A DNA stretch of 64,000 nt, taken from positions 2,612 through 66,611 of the forward strand of contig CAJONJ010000039.1 of NCBI GenBank assembly GCA_905236005.1, read 5' to 3'. Shown in pieces: positions 11,946-21,855 of this stretch. Source of the stretch: an uncultured Alphaproteobacteria bacterium. GTDB lineage: Bacteria; Pseudomonadota; Alphaproteobacteria; Rs-D84. How positions within the stretch are numbered: the stretch's first letter is position 1; every line of letters starts with the position of its first letter. Below the pieces are notes generated by a model, which worked only from the letters and a program-made list of their open reading frames with translations, was not told where the DNA came from and did not search any database. The position numbers and the translations under genes are program-made.

Positions 11946-12845
11946 ATGAATTTACTAGGTGTCTTGGTTTCTTTTATCAGTCCGATGGCATATGCAGTAT
12001 CAAATATCTTTGATGCGTATGTGTCTGGCAGTGTTTTCAAGCGTATTCCAACAACGATATTTTATGTAAACCTGACCAACATTCTGGGGATTCTATGTTT
12101 GCCACTGTTCGGGTCAATTCATTCTTTGTCGCCAGCTGCGTGGTTGTTTGTGTTGTTATCGTCCATCATAAATGTTGGGTACCAGTTTCCGTATTTTGCC
12201 GCATTAAATAAAACAGACACATCGGTGGTGGTGGCTCTGTTTCAATTGAAAAAGGTCTTTATACCATTGTGGGCTTTTTTGATTGTTGGCGAAGTTTTAC
12301 ATCCGGTTCAATATGCCGGGTTTGGTATCATAATCTTGTTTTCATTGCTGCTGAATATAAATCCAAAGGCAAATATAAAAATCAATGCTGGGTTTTGGTT
12401 GATGTGTCTGACGGCTATAATACTGTCGTTTGAGGGTGCTTTCTACAAGGCATTACTGGAACATACAGATTGGGTGTCGGCGGCATTCTGGGTGTCGGTT
12501 ATATCTTTTGTTGTCCAATTCATGATGATATTCTGTCGTCCAGTACGCAAAGATATTGTTAAAAACTTTGGCAAATATCGCAAAAAGTTCGGTATGTTTT
12601 TGTTTGTGGAATTCTTTGATCAATTGGGATCATTCAGTCCTATATTCGCACTGTCGTTGATTCCGGTTCTGGTTGATTCTGGGATTCAATCGGTTCAGCC
12701 GATTTTTGTTGTGCTTTATGGTGTAATCTTGGCACGATTTTTCGGCAAGCGATTCCACGAAGACATTTCTAGCGGCACGATGATTAAAAAGATAGTTTGT
12801 TTCGTTATGATTGGTGCCGGTGTAATGATGACATTGATATCATAA
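11946..12845 (+). CDS. DMT/EamA family transporter (cassette 2 cargo)
   Basis: About 10 hydrophobic segments in two EamA-like halves; start moved to ATG 11946; codon usage more GC-rich than its neighbours. Confidence 0.8.
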   Translation: MNLLGVLVSFISPMAYAVSNIFDAYVSGSVFKRIPTTIFYVNLTNILGILCLPLFGSIHSLSPAAWLFVLLSSIINVGYQFPYFAALNKTDTSVVVALFQLKKVFIPLWAFLIVGEVLHPVQYAGFGIIILFSLLLNINPKANIKINAGFWLMCLTAIILSFEGAFYKALLEHTDWVSAAFWVSVISFVVQFMMIFCRPVRKDIVKNFGKYRKKFGMFLFVEFFDQLGSFSPIFALSLIPVLVDSGIQSVQPIFVVLYGVILARFFGKRFHEDISSGTMIKKIVCFVMIGAGVMMTLIS

Positions 12846-13000
12846 ATTTAAACACAACATAAGTATTTTCTTCATATTTTAACCTTTGTTTTACAAGCAT
12901 GATAATACAACAAATCCTACCCTTTTTTCAAACCTATTATTTCAAATCTGCTAACCCTAATTTCTCTTTCAACGCATCAATCTCTTGACCTATTTCTAAT

Positions 13001-13035
13001 AATTCGGCTCGAGAACTGCACACCGAGCACAACCA
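13001..13035 (+). repeat. Right-arm core, copy 2
   Basis: AATTCGGCTCGAGAACTGCACACCGAGCACAACCA; 30/35 identical to 11760-11794. Confidence 0.9.
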
Positions 13036-13037
13036 AG

Positions 13038-13079
13038 ATTTAACAAAAAGCATCCATTGTGGATGTTTTTTTGTTAAAT
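13038..13079. terminator. Hairpin following right-arm core 2
   Basis: ATTTAACAAAAAGCATCCA-TTG-TGGATGTTTTTTTGTTAAAT long inverted repeat. Confidence 0.75.
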
Positions 13080-13093
13080 ATGTGTGTTGTGTT

Positions 13094-13218
13094 GGGTTTG
13101 AGCCACCAAAAAAGGTGGTTCACTACAAGCGAGAGCCAGACGGAAGTATGGCGGTCAACCTACAAGGTTGACGAGTGCAGTGAGGCAAAAATTTCATTTT
13201 TACCAAATCCATCTCCCG
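13094..13218 (+). repeat. Structured element built from tRNA-fMet T-arm fragments
   Basis: Antisense T-arm (13094-13107), sense GGTGGTTCA (13114-13122), 81-nt hairpin-rich insert, then CAAATCCATCTCCCG (13204-13218), identical to tRNA 10840-10854. Confidence 0.75.
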
Positions 13219-13253
13219 TAAAGTTGAAAGTTTGATTTTAAAAAATACGATTT

Positions 13254-13811
13254 TTATAGTGCTTTTGAACCGTCTTTTAATATTTTCCCTAAAATAGCCA
13301 TATCTAATTTTTCAAAATCTGGTTTATATAATTCAAATTTATCTTGCTGTTGAATCAATTTATCCCATAAAATATCAGATTGTTTTCTGGACATATTTGC
13401 AAAAACAGTTTTATCTTTTAAAACATATATTTTTATGTTTTTGTCTTTAATTTCCTGCATAATATCAATTGTAATAACATTTTTTATTTTCACATCTGTC
13501 AAAGAATAATATTCATCTTCTATATCATGTTTAAAACCAACAGAATCTAATTCATAAACATATGCTTTTTCTGGAACATTTTGCTTTAAACATTCAACAT
13601 ATAATTCATTATTTTTTACTGGGCTTTTATAACCGGTAGCAACTAATCGCATAATTGCATAAAGACGTGCACGTACAAAATCAGATGTTGCAAAAGCAGC
13701 AATTATTGGTGTTTTCATATTATTGATGTAACCTGGTTTCATACGAATAAAACCATCTGTTATTTTTATTTCAGACCCATGATAAAGAATTTTTGGTAAA
13801 CTGTTATTCAT
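13254..13811 (-). CDS. Hypothetical protein, possible ADP-ribosyltransferase-like fold (cassette 3 cargo)
   Basis: ILYHGS...AFATSD...AYVYELD...EYYS; start moved to ATG 13811. Confidence 0.55.
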   Translation of the reverse strand: MNNSLPKILYHGSEIKITDGFIRMKPGYINNMKTPIIAAFATSDFVRARLYAIMRLVATGYKSPVKNNELYVECLKQNVPEKAYVYELDSVGFKHDIEDEYYSLTDVKIKNVITIDIMQEIKDKNIKIYVLKDKTVFANMSRKQSDILWDKLIQQQDKFELYKPDFEKLDMAILGKILKDGSKAL

Positions 13812-13843
13812 AACGGATATTATATCACAAACCATAAAATAAT

Positions 13844-16800
13844 TCAATTTACACTGACAGTATCGTCATAAATATAATAAACACCACTCGAAACACTTGT
13901 CCCAACTGGAATATTTACTTTCAAACTATTACCGCTTTGTAAATTACTGAAATCTGCATTCATTGGCACAAGTGTTGTTCCCATATTAGCATAAAAATCA
14001 GGAATGCCGTCATTATCAATATCAACATTTAATGACGGTGTCATTTGTTTTGTTCTGCGTAAATACACATATTTATCTCCAATATGTAATATATGACCAC
14101 ATTGTGCAGATTCCCACATACCAGCGGGTGCAAACAAACCACTTTGACAAGGTATTATTCCCTGATTGTTTATTTCATCAAAACTGTAAGTACCACCAGG
14201 ACAATAATTATTTACTGGACATTTCGAGCACACATTGCTGTTAGCTGGCAAATAATATCCATTATTACAAGACAAACTGCTTGCCACAACTTCTAAGCAA
14301 CCATTAACACTTGTGGTCGCACCATTTGCTGTACCGTCTGCTGTATATCCAGAATCGCATGTACATGTACTACGTGTATTCTTAGCTGGTGTGGAGCTGT
14401 TTGCGCCACATGCATAGCAAGATGTACTATCATATTTATAATAATTTGTCGCACACGTTTTACGTGCATAATATGTTGTTATAGCAGGGACTGCTGATGT
14501 AACTGGTGCAATTGTTGTAACGGTATTATCAGTAATATCCTGAGTTATTGCCCAACTTGTTGAAATATCATAATGTCCGTTACCACCTGGTGCAGGCAAA
14601 CTAATCGCTGGTAATGTGCACGCTGTATTGTAGAACAATTTTAATTGTGCATTAGTTGTACCTTCTGCCACACTAGCAACATAACATCCAATTCCAGACA
14701 ACCCCTCTATTACACCAGAATAACCGTTTTTATGTAATGTAATCATATAATAACAATCTGTCTGAACAGTAGAACCCACATCACTAGACCAACCCACACC
14801 TATCTCTGTCGCACAACTATTTATACCTTGATCAGTAGTATCAAAATACAATTGCCCCCCAGGGCACCAATTGCCAGCAGTGCAAGTTGTGCAAGTTTGC
14901 GAGTTTGCAGGTATATATTTACCTGCAGAACAAACTGTAAAACCATCCGCCAAGACGCAATCAGCAGAACTGGTCGATGTTTCTGTCAGTGTGATATCCC
15001 CAGGGGCACATTGGGTTCTTTGGCTGACTGAACCATAAGATGTCATACTAGCAGAAGAATAATAACCTATTCCAACATTTTCACAAGAGGACCCACCAAA
15101 TGTCCCCAAAACACCCCCAGCAACAAAATCGCCAGTTCCACTGTTACCAAAGAATCTACCACTAACCAGATCATACATACCAATTGCGTTATCAGACACA
15201 CGCCTAGCAGGTATAAAATCAAAAATTAACGTACTGTTTTCATACATTTTAAACCAATGTATGCGACCAGTTAACAGCGTGTCGTTACACCCACCAACAC
15301 AACCATTAGAAAACAATCTATATTTGTTATTTGAAATAATTGACCCACTAAAAGTACCAGATGTAGATGCGTTATCCACAGATAAAGATCTATTGTTACC
15401 TGTAAATTCGTATGTAATATGTTTTATCTCCCCAGCATTAAAAATTCCACCGACTGTTATTTTTGAACCTGTGCTCGAACCTTGAGCATTAGCAAATGCA
15501 ACCCATACACCAAATTTGTTTTCCTTAAAATTAGCCGCATGACCATTCAACGCGTCCTGATTTCCACCAAAATGCCCAAGAGTTCCAGAACCTTCTACCG
15601 AAGAACTATATTCAAGTTCCGCTTTAAAAGACGTTGAAGAAATCACATGGCCCGTATCAATATACTGTTTTCCATTTGCTTCTATATACGACAACCTTTC
15701 GTATTCACCTGTCCATTTTCCAGCAGGGCAACTGATTTTACAATCAGAAATAGACGTTTTTCCATCTTGTACATCACCATCATAACCCGATGGACACGGC
15801 AAACAGACACTTCCACTAAGATATTCCGCACCTGTACACGAGGTATGCTGAATTATCGCACAGGCTTTTTTGCTGTCCCAACTGTTTTTATACGCACTAT
15901 AATAAGTATCGGTAACATCATCTGTTCCATTTGGACAGCTTGTTACCATGTTGGATTTTTTAAATGCAGAATTAAATAAATTAGTAGCAGTTTGTCCATG
16001 TAACCCCAGGAAAGTATTACCAGGAATATATTGATTAGTCGTCGTAAAATTAACCTCAAAAAAAACGTATACATAAACATGTTGGCCGCAGCACCATCTA
16101 TATTTGGGAATAAATTATCTGGAAACACAGACAGCTTCTTGCATTGATAGAAAGCACTACGAAACATACTTTCTGCAGACCCATATGCATAACTAAACAA
16201 ACCATCAGGAATACCTGTCAAATTTGTACATTTATCAAAAACGGAACGAAACAAATTTTTCTTCGCGGTTGTTACACCAGAAAATAAATTCCCAGAAATT
16301 GTTTGCAACTCTGTACACCCGTTGCATAAATCAAAAAACGTTGGTTTGTCACTGTCATTAGTACCACCATTCAGCGTCGGAAAAGCCGAACCAATACTGC
16401 CATCTAAAGAAGCAATAAGAGTTGGTGTTCCACCGGTGCGTGTTGATATATTGTTGTTTGAAGCACCAAATCTGATTGCGGCACCAGATGAATCTTTATC
16501 ATTATTATAACTTGTTGTATTATATCCTGTTGCAAGTCCTGCAAATTTTATTATTCTTTGACCAGCCGTCGCATAAGTATGAGAGTATTCTGTCGGGGTA
16601 GTATTGTTATTTCGTGTAATGATTTCCACAGAGCTTCCATCATTCCAATCAACATAGAATATTCCTGATGCCGATAAAACAAATTTAAATACCGCATTTG
16701 CATTCAGGTTTGTCGTAGTTATTGTAAATTTTGTATCAACACAACCGTTTCCTGTATCTATTTCAGATGCCGTACACGCAACAGCCACTGTAATATTCAT

Positions 16801-16882
16801 CACGAATATACAAAGTGCACATATAAAACACAAAAAAATATTTTTTAATTTCTTTTCCTTTTTTTTAGTTTTTTTGTGTCAT
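13844..16882 (-). pseudogene. Large Cys-rich surface protein split by homopolymer frameshifts (ORFs 15943-16833 and 13844-15949)
   Basis: PKD-like and BspA-like LRR N-terminal part; CxxCxxGxY repeats; the frames join if the A8 at 16058-16065 is A9; the ATG at 16882 comes into frame if the T7 at 16869-16875 is T6. Confidence 0.75.
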
Positions 16883-17002
16883 AGCAAAAAAAACATTCCC
16901 TCCATATTAGGAATAATACTAACAAAATTGGATAATTTTATACAAGCATATTTTTGTTAAAAATTGCAGCTGATAACAATAAATAGAAACCATATTTTAT
17001 GG

Positions 17003-20000
17003 TTATATATTTTCATAAACACCGTATAAATCAGGACTTGGTTGTACAGTTTGTCCATCTGTAATTTTTTCTCGCAATCTTTTATTTGCTAATTTTAACG
17101 CATTAACAATACTTAATTTTCCAGGAACCATACTATTTGATTGTTCTAAATTTTTAATTCTGTCTGTTGGAACCAATGTTGGTTTATAATCTTTAACATC
17201 TTCTATGTTTATAATTTTATCTAATATTTTAATTTTTTTATGGTTATGATTGTATTTAACAGACATATTTTTATTTAAAATTTTAGATATCATTTTATAA
17301 AACAAATCATTTTTAATACCCATATCGTCTGTAAAGGTATCATTAACATTTTTATCAATAACACCTGATGTTTTAAGTGCAACAATAATATCAAAAAAAT
17401 CTTTATCGGTTAAACTTTTACCAGGATGGTGTTTACCATCTTCATCTATAAATGGCTTTTTATATTCAATTATATCAGACAAAGCCAACAAGCCACGTCT
17501 GACACATTCAAGATATTCAGAATGTTTTTGTTTTATCAATTCTTTTTCTATGACACTAGTATCTGGCACTTGTATATTTGGCATATTCAGCATCGGTTCA
17601 TATTTGTTTTCGGCAAAAAACATATTACGTAAATCAGATTGATAATATTTATACATAATCTTGGTTATGTATTTTTTTATTGTTTCATCATTATTTTGAA
17701 TATCGTTTATTGCTTTATTTAAAACATCTGATATTGATTTATCTTTTCTAGAATTCTGTATAATTTTATAAATTAACAACCCCAATAATCTTCTATCTAT
17801 ATCACTTGGTAAATTATCTATTTGTGCACCAGTATCAAAAATACCTATATGAACAACACCTTCTTGATCTGTATAAAAATTTTGCTGTCCAGCATGCCTA
17901 TCTGTATCCCATTTTTTACCAGATAACAATATTGCTAGTTCCAAAGCAACATATGCTTTTGCGTTATCATGTTGTTGTTTATCTGTATGTTTTGCACTGG
18001 TCAAAGAATCACCTTTGGCTAATTTCATAATTTTAAAAGCATTTTTATTATTTGGCATTGCACCAAACGCAACCCATTCAGCCACATCCACTTTATATTT
18101 TTGATTATTTAAACTGATTTCAAAAGGCGAATAATTATCAACAGCTTGTTTATATTTTTCATAATCTTTGTCGATATCTATTTCGTTATGACAAGATTTT
18201 TCTGCTTGTTCAAAAATATTTTTTAAAACACCAAATTTCTTTTCATCTCGCCACACCATAGATTTAATAGTTCCAGAAATAAAATCCAAATTTGTCATCA
18301 TTTTGTTTTGAATATTTTCACGCATTAACGCAACAACACAATCTTGGTTATCATATTTTACCTGAACTGTAACATAAATAGAACCAGCACCTAAAACATC
18401 ACCAACATAAGATATTTTACTATATTCTTCTGACGGCAAAGATTGTTTCAACATATCAAAAATTTCTTTACGATCTGGAACACTTGCTTTATCACGCAAA
18501 GTTGCTAGTTCTGTTCGTATTTCTGCTGGCAAAGATGGTAAATACGATAACATTTGTCCAAATTTTATAAATGCATCACCTTTGTATTGGAAAAAACCTT
18601 TTAATCCACGACCAATTTGTTGATTAGAATCTGTATTTTTTACAACATTGTTTGTTTTCACCATTGTTAATAATGTGCACAAATCAAAATTACGTTCCGC
18701 CATGGTTTCATTATTATATACAGATTCGATAACTACACCTATGGCGTTTTTTGTTTCTTCATCTGTTTTCATACTTTTAAATATTCTATTTAAAACAAAT
18801 TGTATTTTTTCGTCTGGATTTTTGCTGTAACCATCTAATAATGGATTCAAAAAATATGCCTGAACCGGTAATGGCGAATGTGAAAAATTATCATGAATTT
18901 GTTCTAAAACTTGTTTATTTCCCCACTCTTCTTTTCCAAAAAAAGGCTTATTTTGAATTGCTGATAAAAATTTATTGCAAGATTCATCTGTAAAATTATT
19001 TGTTAAAAATTCTATACCTTCTTCTGCTAAATTGCTGACACATAAAAAATCCACAACATTTTGTGCAATACGTACAGGCCAATCATATTTCACAGCATCT
19101 TCATTACCTGCTTTGCTTTTATATTTAGCATCAAATAAATTTGCAATTTCAAATTGTGCAGTAATTTTATCTGCTATTTTTTTACTTAAATTTTCAATAC
19201 ATATATTTATACCTTCTTTGTTTATTGTTTTTAAATTATCCAACCATTTTACACAAGAATCCACTTTGTTTAAATAATCCATTTGTCTGGTATCTTTACC
19301 CAAACGCACAGCCCAATAATTTGCGATATAATCTAATAATTTTTCCCTTTCGGTCATTACACCCAAACATCTTTTTTCTTTATATTCACCATATTCTTGC
19401 AATAAAATATTCACAGCTAATCTTAAACGATTGTTTGTTTCCTGTGTATTAAAATTCGTTTCGTTAATTTTATACTTGGTTATATCATTAACCAATATTT
19501 TTAACATATCGTTTTTATGTGTAAAATATGTAGAGAAAAATTTATATTTTAACATATAATCATATATATCAATTTTATCTTGAACTGAATATTTTTTATA
19601 TGATTCTACATTAATACGCTTATCAATAAAATTCTGTTGAGGCAGTTTCAGTCCTATAATAAAATGGTCAAATAATTTATTATCTTTTGAAAATTTTACA
19701 AAATCTATTACATCTAATTCATATTTAGCCATATAATTAAATAATACTAAATTAAAAATAAATTCATCACTATCTTTTAACGTATAACAAATATTATATA
19801 ATTCATCTTTATTTTTTGGTGGTGTTATACCCAGAAAATCTAATATTTTTTGTGTTTTGTTTGCATCATCTATATTAGAACCATTTGCTAATATATGATA
19901 AGCTAATGATATAAATTGTGAATATTTTAATACACCAGAATATTTTTCAATAACATATTTATTATTAATCGCATGTTCCAGAATTATTTCTGAATCTTTT

Positions 20001-21745
20001 ATAAAAAACAATCTGTCATATACTTGTAAAACTTTATCTTTGTTTAATGATTTTTGTGTAGCGAAATCAATAACATTTAATATAACAGGACGTAGTTTTT
20101 CTTGTTTTAAATCTAAATGATGATCTACTGTGCTTTTGTTACCAGAATCATAAATATTACTTTGACAACCAAAATAATTATAAAAATATTCGTTCTGTAT
20201 TCTGTTATATATTTTTTGGTACAATACATCAAATTCGTTTGGTAACATACTATGATTTCCAAATAATTCATCAACATCATGTTTATCTATAAAATCCCAA
20301 CAATCTAAACAAGATTGAACGCTTTTTTCTTTATCATATTTTGCTAATAAATTTAACAATTTGATTTTATTATCATAAAAATCTTCAAACAAATATTCTT
20401 GAACAATACCGTTTTTATTTACAGAATATATTTCTGTTTTAACGGTGTCTTTATAACCATAAGAAATATTATTATAATACAATCGTATTACATCATTAAC
20501 AGATTGATTATCATAAGATTTTAATTGTTCAAATGGTAATAATTTACCAATATTATCTTTGCCAAAACCTGTAAAAATTGAAACATCTTTTTTATCTTTA
20601 TAATCAGCAAAAAAATCTAAATATTTATAAATATTTTTGTCATATTTTAATATTTTTTCTGCATATTTTACAGCATTGTCTTTGTTATACACGTTTTTAC
20701 TGAAATCTGTTAAACAATCATTAAATTCTTTAAAAATACCAAACAATTGTAATTGTAAATCTTTTAAATATATATCAGCATAATCCCATTGATATGTGTT
20801 CATAAATATATCTTGTAAAAATTTTTCTTCTTGTTTTGTCCCTGTTTTTTTAAGCATCTCAATATATAAAACAAGTTTTTTAAAAAAATCATCCTGTCTT
20901 TTTTTATTATTTTTAATTTCTTCCATACCACTCAGTTGTACCAAAAATTGCAAAAGAACCATCTGTCCAAATTTATCACGTATATCATAAAAACTAGTTG
21001 TTCCAAAATTATATTCTAATAATGTATCAATATACGATTCTTGATCTTCTTTTGGTAATAATTGTACTGTTTTTATTTTGAAAAAATTCCAATCAATATC
21101 AGTTTTATCTTTATCAATATCTGTAAAATGTTTACCACGTTGTCTTTCTAAAACAGCAATTGCAGCCATAACATTATTTAATCTAAAAGAATCACTGCCA
21201 TGAACATCAGCTATTCTAGCAATTACATCTGAAAAATTTTTATTTCCATTGATACCTATTTTTTCCCATGCAGACATTGCATAATTTGGATTATAACCAG
21301 CATTCATCATAAATTCAACCGCCAAAGTATCACAAGATTGTTCCTGAAAAATAGTATTTTTATTATTTGGAAATTTTAATTGCCAATAATAATGTCCCAA
21401 CTCATGTGCTAAAACAGCAGCAAATTCATCTTCGTTATCCAGTTGTTTTATCAACCCACCAGAAACAGCTAAAACAGCTTTATATTTTGGATCTTTTATA
21501 TATTGTGAATCAGTAACAGTAAAAGCACCTACTTCATCTGAATTATACCCTGAACAATAAACTTCTTCTGGTTTAAGATTTAATTTATCATTATTTGCAT
21601 TTAAAAGCTTAGTTAAAACATTTTTGATTTTTTCAGATATTAATTTATTTACTTTATCATCAGGATTATACAAACGCAGTTTTTCAAAAATATCTTTGTC
21701 TAATATTTCTTGATTTTCTACTTTTTTTTCTTCTGTATCAGCCAT
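17003..21745 (-). CDS. 1580-aa protein: N-terminal M48 metallopeptidase plus C-terminal ABC1/UbiB-like kinase domain
   Basis: AAVLAHELGH...EQSCD...AGYNP (M48); FIKFGQ, LGAGS, DRHAGQ, IFDTG (ABC1-like). Confidence 0.75.
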   Translation of the reverse strand: MADTEEKKVENQEILDKDIFEKLRLYNPDDKVNKLISEKIKNVLTKLLNANNDKLNLKPEEVYCSGYNSDEVGAFTVTDSQYIKDPKYKAVLAVSGGLIKQLDNEDEFAAVLAHELGHYYWQLKFPNNKNTIFQEQSCDTLAVEFMMNAGYNPNYAMSAWEKIGINGNKNFSDVIARIADVHGSDSFRLNNVMAAIAVLERQRGKHFTDIDKDKTDIDWNFFKIKTVQLLPKEDQESYIDTLLEYNFGTTSFYDIRDKFGQMVLLQFLVQLSGMEEIKNNKKRQDDFFKKLVLYIEMLKKTGTKQEEKFLQDIFMNTYQWDYADIYLKDLQLQLFGIFKEFNDCLTDFSKNVYNKDNAVKYAEKILKYDKNIYKYLDFFADYKDKKDVSIFTGFGKDNIGKLLPFEQLKSYDNQSVNDVIRLYYNNISYGYKDTVKTEIYSVNKNGIVQEYLFEDFYDNKIKLLNLLAKYDKEKSVQSCLDCWDFIDKHDVDELFGNHSMLPNEFDVLYQKIYNRIQNEYFYNYFGCQSNIYDSGNKSTVDHHLDLKQEKLRPVILNVIDFATQKSLNKDKVLQVYDRLFFIKDSEIILEHAINNKYVIEKYSGVLKYSQFISLAYHILANGSNIDDANKTQKILDFLGITPPKNKDELYNICYTLKDSDEFIFNLVLFNYMAKYELDVIDFVKFSKDNKLFDHFIIGLKLPQQNFIDKRINVESYKKYSVQDKIDIYDYMLKYKFFSTYFTHKNDMLKILVNDITKYKINETNFNTQETNNRLRLAVNILLQEYGEYKEKRCLGVMTEREKLLDYIANYWAVRLGKDTRQMDYLNKVDSCVKWLDNLKTINKEGINICIENLSKKIADKITAQFEIANLFDAKYKSKAGNEDAVKYDWPVRIAQNVVDFLCVSNLAEEGIEFLTNNFTDESCNKFLSAIQNKPFFGKEEWGNKQVLEQIHDNFSHSPLPVQAYFLNPLLDGYSKNPDEKIQFVLNRIFKSMKTDEETKNAIGVVIESVYNNETMAERNFDLCTLLTMVKTNNVVKNTDSNQQIGRGLKGFFQYKGDAFIKFGQMLSYLPSLPAEIRTELATLRDKASVPDRKEIFDMLKQSLPSEEYSKISYVGDVLGAGSIYVTVQVKYDNQDCVVALMRENIQNKMMTNLDFISGTIKSMVWRDEKKFGVLKNIFEQAEKSCHNEIDIDKDYEKYKQAVDNYSPFEISLNNQKYKVDVAEWVAFGAMPNNKNAFKIMKLAKGDSLTSAKHTDKQQHDNAKAYVALELAILLSGKKWDTDRHAGQQNFYTDQEGVVHIGIFDTGAQIDNLPSDIDRRLLGLLIYKIIQNSRKDKSISDVLNKAINDIQNNDETIKKYITKIMYKYYQSDLRNMFFAENKYEPMLNMPNIQVPDTSVIEKELIKQKHSEYLECVRRGLLALSDIIEYKKPFIDEDGKHHPGKSLTDKDFFDIIVALKTSGVIDKNVNDTFTDDMGIKNDLFYKMISKILNKNMSVKYNHNHKKIKILDKIINIEDVKDYKPTLVPTDRIKNLEQSNSMVPGKLSIVNALKLANKRLREKITDGQTVQPSPDLYGVYENI

Positions 21746-21855
21746 AATTTTACCTTTATTTTTTTATTTTTCAGCAATAATTATAACAAATTTTACAGTT
21801 AAAAAAAACAGTTTTATGATATCTAGGACAATCTATTAAATTAAATATATTGATG

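Larger units (their letters stand above)
10861..13830. mobile_element. Putative tRNA-fMet-anchored array of non-autonomous integrated gene cassettes
   Basis: Repeated CAACCA + hairpin + AGTTCGAAAGT left arms; repeated 35-bp right-arm cores; a 15-bp tRNA 3' duplicate at 13204-13218; one cargo gene per unit. Right boundary uncertain. Confidence 0.65.

Noticed and set aside
11760..13035. 35-bp repeats as a CRISPR array
   Set aside because: Only two copies, 1.2 kb apart, no spacers of CRISPR size and no cas genes.
10919..13255. Classical integron attC sites
   Set aside because: No RYYYAAC...GTTRRRY paired ends or intI seen; the arms are tied to the tRNA 3' end instead.
14032..16510. Plus-strand ORFs within the surface-protein gene
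   Set aside because: Antisense shadows.
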